This document shows, one piece after another, positions 56,522-64,000 of a stretch of 64,000 nucleotides of DNA. Below the pieces are notes generated by a model that was given only the letters and a program-made list of their open reading frames with translations, made no database searches and was not told the origin of the DNA. How positions within the stretch are numbered: the stretch's first letter is position 1; every line of letters starts with the position of its first letter. Source of the DNA: Nakamurella sp. (GTDB lineage: Bacteria > Actinomycetota > Actinomycetes > Mycobacteriales > Nakamurellaceae); the NCBI RefSeq assembly GCF_044224575.1, contig NZ_JBGAKE010000009.1, positions 32,162-96,161 on the forward strand, written 5' to 3'. The translations under genes and the position numbers were made by a program.

Positions 56522-57449
56522 TGGCCGCGAACCGCGCAAACGCCGCGGTGAGCGGCATGTCCGACATTCCCTCGACGAACAGGAATTGGCCCTGCGGGTT
56601 GATCTCCAGGAACACCACGGACCCGTCCGGCCGGATCTTCAGGTCGAAGATGCCCATCCGCAGACCGAGCCGGTCCACCACCGCGCGCAGCGCGTCCTGC
56701 AGGGTCTCGCCCAGCGGGACCGGCTCGACCTGCATGTCGCCGGCCAGGCGCCAGTCGAGGGCGGCGCTGCTGATCTTCGCGGCATGCACGTCCGGGCCGA
56801 ACACCTGAACCCTCAGATGGTCGGTGCCGGGGACCTCCTCCTGAAAGATGGTCGGCGCCAGTCGCAACTCGTTCTCGTCGGTCAGCGAATCCGACCGGAC
56901 CCGGCCCGCCTCCAAGCCGGTACCGAGCAGGCCGGTGAGGGTCTTGCCGATGACCCGGCCGCCCAGGGCGCGAGTGAACTCGCGAATCGCGGCCGGGTCG
57001 CTGCTGACCAGGGTGCGCGGCACGGTGAGCCCAACCTCCCGGGCGATGCGCAGCTGCAGCAGCTTGTTCTGCGCGCGTTCGGTGGCATACGGGTCGCTGA
57101 GCCAGGTTCCGCCGAACGCGGCCAGGAACGCACCGCGGGTGGCGGCGCGACTGTCCTTGACGACGAGTTGCCGCATGGCCCGGTCGGTGACGTACTCCGG
57201 CACCTCGGGCCGGCCGTGGCAACGCCGCCACCACACCAGGCGGAGCCGCGAGATGTCGACCGTGCCACCGTCCTCGGTCGGCAGGGTGGTTGCCTCGGGA
57301 TTCTCGTTGTCCCAGGCGACTCCCCCGGCCGCCGGGATCCGGTCCGCGGCCACGATGGCCACGTCGATGCCGTACGTCTGCGACATCGCCTGCCGGACCA
57401 GGTACGCATGGATGTCGCCTTCCAACGTCACGATCGCCATGTCGGCCAT
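56496..57449 (-). CDS. MvdC/MvdD-like ATP-grasp RiPP maturase (graspetide synthetase)
   Basis: VWWRR, NKLLQL..A.EVGL.VP.TLVS.DP, APTIFQE.VPG...LRV.VFG, DWR, LGL.MG.FDL...PDG..VFLEINPQGQFLF.E. Confidence 0.88.
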   Translation of the reverse strand: MADMAIVTLEGDIHAYLVRQAMSQTYGIDVAIVAADRIPAAGGVAWDNENPEATTLPTEDGGTVDISRLRLVWWRRCHGRPEVPEYVTDRAMRQLVVKDSRAATRGAFLAAFGGTWLSDPYATERAQNKLLQLRIAREVGLTVPRTLVSSDPAAIREFTRALGGRVIGKTLTGLLGTGLEAGRVRSDSLTDENELRLAPTIFQEEVPGTDHLRVQVFGPDVHAAKISSAALDWRLAGDMQVEPVPLGETLQDALRAVVDRLGLRMGIFDLKIRPDGSVVFLEINPQGQFLFVEGMSDMPLTAAFARFAANELALVPA

Positions 57450-57500
57450 TTGCGTCGTCCTATCGATATGTCGACCGGTCAGCCCGGGAGAATGTCTGAT

Positions 57501-57531
57501 TTCAGTGATGCTTCAGTGATGCTTCAGGATG
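57501..57531. repeat. 11-bp direct repeat TTCAGTGATGC x2 plus a degenerate third copy
   Basis: Read directly: TTCAGTGATGC TTCAGTGATGC TTCAG-GATG. Confidence 0.85.
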
Positions 57532-57540
57532 GGCGCGCCA

Positions 57541-57574
57541 GACCGGTGGGGACCCCGCGGGTTCCCCACCGGTC
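57541..57574. terminator. Strong stem-loop between the precursor and ATP-grasp genes
   Basis: GACCGGTGGGGA / TCCCCACCGGTC perfect 12-bp stem with an inner CCC/GGG; no clear U-tract. Confidence 0.7.
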
Positions 57575-57626
57575 GGTACTGCTGGTTACTGCGTGTCGTG
57601 CCGGTTCGATCTAGTGGATGAGGTGC

Positions 57627-57815
57627 TCACTCGTCGCAATCGTCCCAGCCGTCGTCGCAGCCGGAGATGGAGCCGCCCGGCCACTTCGGCCGGGCCATCT
57701 GCGGGAGCGAGGCGAAAGCCCTTTTCTCCCAACGGTCGAGTCGCTCCGGGTGCACGTATCCATCGTGAGTCCGGGTGAACCGGCCCGCGACGGGGGCAGT
57801 CGGCATCGCCAACAT
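57627..57815 (-). CDS. Putative graspetide precursor peptide (62 aa; C-terminus PKWPGG-SISGCDDGWDDCDE)
   Basis: AGGAGG RBS 7 nt before the ATG; Ser/Cys/Asp/Glu-rich C-terminus; first gene before the ATP-grasp and ABC genes on the same strand. Confidence 0.85.
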   Translation of the reverse strand: MLAMPTAPVAGRFTRTHDGYVHPERLDRWEKRAFASLPQMARPKWPGGSISGCDDGWDDCDE

Positions 57816-58064
57816 TGCTTAACCTCCTGGATTGAGTTCCGGACCTTGTGTCCGGCAACGCGAATCAGGAGCGGCGACGATCTCCCGCGATACACCGCCG
57901 GCCAGTGAATTCGAGAGTTCCCGCCCTCCTTCACTTTCGCCGCAGCAGGGATCCGGCAGCACCCGTGACGGCTCGAGCGCCGCGGCACCGGCGACGGAGG
58001 AGGGCCGATCGCCGCTGCGGGGCCGGATGTCTCACCACGGGTCCGGTCGATCGCCGGGCGGGTG

Positions 58065-59279
58065 TCAGGACGCGACGATTCCGGCGACCGGGTCGCCGGC
58101 CAGGTAGACCGCGGCCACCGCGCGGACGGCGGCCCCGACGTCGTCGTTCGGGTCGCCGTCGACCAGCACCAGGTCGGCGTCGTGACCGGGGCGGAGCCGT
58201 CCCTTGCGGTCGCCGACACCGCAGATCGTCGCGGCAGTCGAGGTCGCCGCGGTGAGCACCTGCGCGGCGGACAGCCCACCCTCGGCGAACAGGTCGATCG
58301 CCTCCCGGAGGTGACCGTGGGCGAGCCACGGATTCAGTCCGGCGTCGAGCCCGGTCGCCACCGGCACCCCGGCGTCGACCAGCCGGCGGATCATCTGCGC
58401 GCGCCACGCCCGGACGAGTTCGGGCGTCTGCCCGGTGGCCGCTAGATGTTCGCGCACGGCGGGCGGGGCGAGATCCAGATTCGTCGTCGGGGGAATCACC
58501 CCGCTGACCGCCACCTGCCGCTCGGCGAGCGTCGCGAGCAACGACTCCGGCAGCTCGGTTCCGGTGCCCCGAAAGCAGCTGCAGTGCTCGATCCCGTCGA
58601 CGCCGGCCGCGACGGCCTGCTCGATGGCGGTCAGCCAGTGGGCGTGCGCCGTGACCGGCAGGCCGGCGGCGTGGGCCTCCCGCACGATGTGGGCCAGGTC
58701 CCCGTCGGTGAACTGGGTCTGCACCGTTGCGGTGCCGGGCGTCGACATCCCACCGCTGGCCATGACCTTGATCAGATCAGCACCCCGGTCGGCGTGCTCG
58801 CGGATCGCTCGGGTGATGGTCGCAGGTCCGTCGACCGCGCCGCCAAGGAAGTGGCAGTGCCCGGCCGGCACCGTGATCGGCGGACCGGATGCGATCACCG
58901 CCGGTTCCGGAGCGCGTCCCGGGCCGGAGCGAGACCGGTGCCGCAGCACCGCGTAATCGCGATCACCCAGATCGCGGACCGTGGTCACCCCGGCCGCCAG
59001 GTGATGACGCAGCGATTCGCCGATCACCGGTTCCAGGTCGCCGTCACCAGCCGCTCGATCGAGGGCACCCGGCCGGCTGTCACAGACCAGATGGACGTGG
59101 GTGTCGATGAGCCCGGGCAGGGCCGTCAGATCAGTCGCATCCACAATCCGGCAGTCGGATCCGATGTCCGGGTGACCGTCTTCGACGCCGACCACCATGC
59201 CGCCGTCGAGGACGACGGTGGCCGGCCCCGGGGTGAATCCTTGGCCGTCGAACACCCGGGCACATCGGATCGCGCGCAC
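58065..59279 (-). CDS. Metal-dependent amidohydrolase (Xaa-Pro dipeptidase/imidazolonepropionase-like)
   Basis: LPGLIDTHVHL, GVTTVRD.G, IKVMASGG, AHAH, IEHCS, G.L.PG.DADLV. Confidence 0.85.
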   Translation of the reverse strand: MRAIRCARVFDGQGFTPGPATVVLDGGMVVGVEDGHPDIGSDCRIVDATDLTALPGLIDTHVHLVCDSRPGALDRAAGDGDLEPVIGESLRHHLAAGVTTVRDLGDRDYAVLRHRSRSGPGRAPEPAVIASGPPITVPAGHCHFLGGAVDGPATITRAIREHADRGADLIKVMASGGMSTPGTATVQTQFTDGDLAHIVREAHAAGLPVTAHAHWLTAIEQAVAAGVDGIEHCSCFRGTGTELPESLLATLAERQVAVSGVIPPTTNLDLAPPAVREHLAATGQTPELVRAWRAQMIRRLVDAGVPVATGLDAGLNPWLAHGHLREAIDLFAEGGLSAAQVLTAATSTAATICGVGDRKGRLRPGHDADLVLVDGDPNDDVGAAVRAVAAVYLAGDPVAGIVAS

Positions 59280-59427
59280 GGGTCGAGGCTATTCCTTCGG
59301 TTCATCCCACGGCCGGCTCCGACCCGACATTGCGTCGCGATCCCCGGTGGCGCCGGACCGGCGCGGCCGGGCCGCGGTCGACACGGTGGCCCGCCCGGCC
59401 CGACACCGGAGTGGGATCATGATCCGC

Positions 59428-60924
59428 ATGGGTCACCCTGATGCGCAGACCATCGCCTACCCGGCACCCGGGTCGCGGCCGTACCGCCGGGACGCCGAGC
59501 AACTCGCCCCGTTCGTGGTCGTGCTCTTCGGCGCGACCGGGGACCTCGCCCGACGCAAGCTGCTGCCCGGGCTCACCCACCTGTCCCTGTCGGCATTGAC
59601 GCCCGAGATCCAGGTGGTGGCCACATCCCTGGAAGAGATGGACACCGACCAGTTCCGCGAGTTCGCCCGGCAGGCGGTCGCCGAGTTCAGCAGCCGGCCC
59701 ACGGACATCGCGAACTGGGACACCTTCGCCGCGCGGCTCCGGTACGTGCCGCAGAGCGCCGGGCCGGAGGCGCTGGCCGCCGCAGTGGCCGAGGCCGAGG
59801 CCGCGCTCGGCCCGGACGTCTGCCGCCTGCACTACCTGAGCGTGCCGCCCAAGGCGGCGCTGGCCGTGGTCAAGATGCTCGACGAGGCCAAGCTGGTGGA
59901 ACACGCCCGGGTGGTGATGGAGAAGCCCTTCGGCACCGATCTGGAGAGCGCCGTCCGGCTCAACCAGCAGGTGCACGAGGTCTTCGACGAAAGTCAGATC
60001 TTCCGCATCGACCATTTCCTGGGCAAGGAGGCGGCGCAGAACATCCTGGCGTTCCGCTTCGCCAACGGCCTGTTCGAACCGATCTGGAACCGCAACTTCA
60101 TCGACCACATCCAGATCGACGTGCCCGAGACCCTCGGCCTGGACAAGCGGGCCGGGTTCTACGAGTCGACCGGTGCGTTCAAGGACATGGTGGTGACGCA
60201 CCTGTTCCAGGTCATGGCGTTCGTGGCCATCGAGCCGCCGACGGCGCTCGAGCCGCGGGCGATCAGCGAGGAGAAAAACAAGGTCTTCCGGTCGATGCTG
60301 CCCATCGATCCGGCCAATGTGGTCCGCGGCCAGTACAACGGATACCGGCGGGAGGGCGGCGTCTCCCCCGACTCGGAGACCGAGACCTTCATCGCCCTCA
60401 AGTGCGGCATCGACAACTGGCGCTGGGCGGGTGTGCCGTTCTACCTGCGCACCGGGAAGCGACTGGCCGAGGGGCAGCGGATCATCTCGATCGCCTTCCG
60501 GGAGGCGCCCAAGAGCATGTTCCCGCCGGGATCCGGCGTCGGGCTGCAGGGACCGGACCATCTGACGTTCGACCTGGCGGACGAGACCAAGGTGTCATTG
60601 TCGTTCTACGGCAAGCGGCCCGGGCCGGGCATGAAGATGGACAAGCTGAGCATGCAGTTCTCCGCCCACGACACCGACCGGGCCGGCGACGTCTTGGAGG
60701 CCTACGAGCGGTTGATCCTCGATGCGATGCGCAGCGACCACACGCTGTTCACCACCGCCGACGGCATCGAAAGCCTGTGGGAGCGGTCAATTCCGCTGCT
60801 GGACAACCCGCCTCCGGTCAAGCCCTACGCGGCGGGTTCCTGGGGTCCGAACGCGATTCATCAGCTCATTGCCCCGCATGCCTGGCGGCTGCCGTTCGAG
60901 CGCACCTGGCGCGAGGCGCGCTGA
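59428..60924 (+). CDS. zwf: Glucose-6-phosphate 1-dehydrogenase (stand-alone copy)
   Basis: FGATGDLA.RKL, VMEKPFG, RIDHFLGKE, NWRWAGVPFYLRTGKR, AYERLI. Confidence 0.95.
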   Translation: MGHPDAQTIAYPAPGSRPYRRDAEQLAPFVVVLFGATGDLARRKLLPGLTHLSLSALTPEIQVVATSLEEMDTDQFREFARQAVAEFSSRPTDIANWDTFAARLRYVPQSAGPEALAAAVAEAEAALGPDVCRLHYLSVPPKAALAVVKMLDEAKLVEHARVVMEKPFGTDLESAVRLNQQVHEVFDESQIFRIDHFLGKEAAQNILAFRFANGLFEPIWNRNFIDHIQIDVPETLGLDKRAGFYESTGAFKDMVVTHLFQVMAFVAIEPPTALEPRAISEEKNKVFRSMLPIDPANVVRGQYNGYRREGGVSPDSETETFIALKCGIDNWRWAGVPFYLRTGKRLAEGQRIISIAFREAPKSMFPPGSGVGLQGPDHLTFDLADETKVSLSFYGKRPGPGMKMDKLSMQFSAHDTDRAGDVLEAYERLILDAMRSDHTLFTTADGIESLWERSIPLLDNPPPVKPYAAGSWGPNAIHQLIAPHAWRLPFERTWREAR

Positions 60925-60934
60925 TCCGGACGGC

Positions 60935-60969
60935 GCGCGGCCCGGGCCCCGTCGGGACCCGGGCCGCGT
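60935..60969. terminator. Stem-loop between convergent zwf and katG
   Basis: CGCGGCCCGGG...CCCGGGCCGCG 11-bp stem with an inner CCC/GGG. Confidence 0.65.
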
Positions 60970-60981
60970 GCAACGACCGGC

Positions 60982-63643
<2,662 letters not shown>

Positions 63644-63660
63644 GAGGGCATCGTATCCCC

Positions 63661-63681
63661 TGTCTTGAATCAGTCAAGACA
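63661..63681. promoter_or_regulatory. FurA-box-like operator TGTCTTGA-N5-TCAAGACA
   Basis: Perfect 8-bp inverted repeat 18 bp upstream of furA; the minus strand TGTCTTGACTGATTCAAGA closely resembles the mycobacterial furA operator as I recall it. Confidence 0.75.
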
Positions 63682-63727
63682 AGGGATGGTCTCGTGTCGG
63701 TGAACCCGACCCTCCCGGAGGGAGGAA

Positions 63728-64000
63728 TCAGTGCGCGGCCTCGTACGCGGCGACGATCGTCTTGGAGATCCGTCCGCGCTCGGAGACTTCGTAATCGTTC
63801 TCCTTCGCCCATTGGCGGATCGCGTGGGAGTGGTCACTGTCCGCCCGTCCGGTGGGCTCCCCTCGGCGCCTCCGAGCCGGACGACCGCCATCGACCGAGC
63901 GCGCTGCGGCGACAAACTTGGCGAGGACGCTTTCCAGCTCCTCGCGATGGGCGGCATTGAGATCGATCTCGAAAGAAGCATCGCCCAAGCCGAACGCACA
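63728..64000 (-). CDS. lsr2: Lsr2 nucleoid-associated protein (5' end beyond the window)
   Basis: FGL...FEIDL, AIRQWAKEN.YEVS.RGRI. Confidence 0.92.
   Translation of the reverse strand, partial: CAFGLGDASFEIDLNAAHREELESVLAKFVAAARSVDGGRPARRRRGEPTGRADSDHSHAIRQWAKENDYEVSERGRISKTIVAAYEAAH

Overview
64 kb of a high-GC actinobacterial chromosome (lsr2, furA-katG, crtU/crtYcYd, actinobacterial-type operators); the genus cannot be fixed from this window. No rRNA, tRNA, CRISPR array or intact transposase was seen. In order: (0-10 kb) small accessory and membrane genes with repeated DosR-box-like intergenic palindromes and three decayed genes (acid phosphatase, pcaIJ-like CoA-transferase, DUF222-HNH); (10-19 kb) an aryl-carotenoid cluster, crtE-crtI-crtB converging on acyltransferase-glycosyltransferase-P450-crtYc-crtYd-crtU; (21-29 kb) six uncharacterised glycosyltransferase genes plus an FkbM methyltransferase; (30-32 kb) RNase HI with a TSG minisatellite linker and a C-terminal Cys4 finger; (32-40 kb) a probable N-acyl-amino-sugar-acid catabolic operon (RidA, PLP deaminase, D-aminoacylase, GntP, Eda, KdgK); (40-44.5 kb) an ECF sigma / DUF5995 / AAA-LuxR module; (45-50 kb) an acyl-CoA dehydrogenase-carboxylase operon with an exact GTTAA-N6-TTAAC operator; a lone KAP-like membrane NTPase; and the best candidate for a new system, (54.7-57.8 kb) a compact graspetide-type RiPP operon: a 62-aa precursor ending GG-SISGCDDGWDDCDE, an MvdC/D-like ATP-grasp ligase and an ABC exporter. 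The window ends with an amidohydrolase, zwf, katG, furA and a partial lsr2. All family calls come from recognising motifs by eye; no database search was run.
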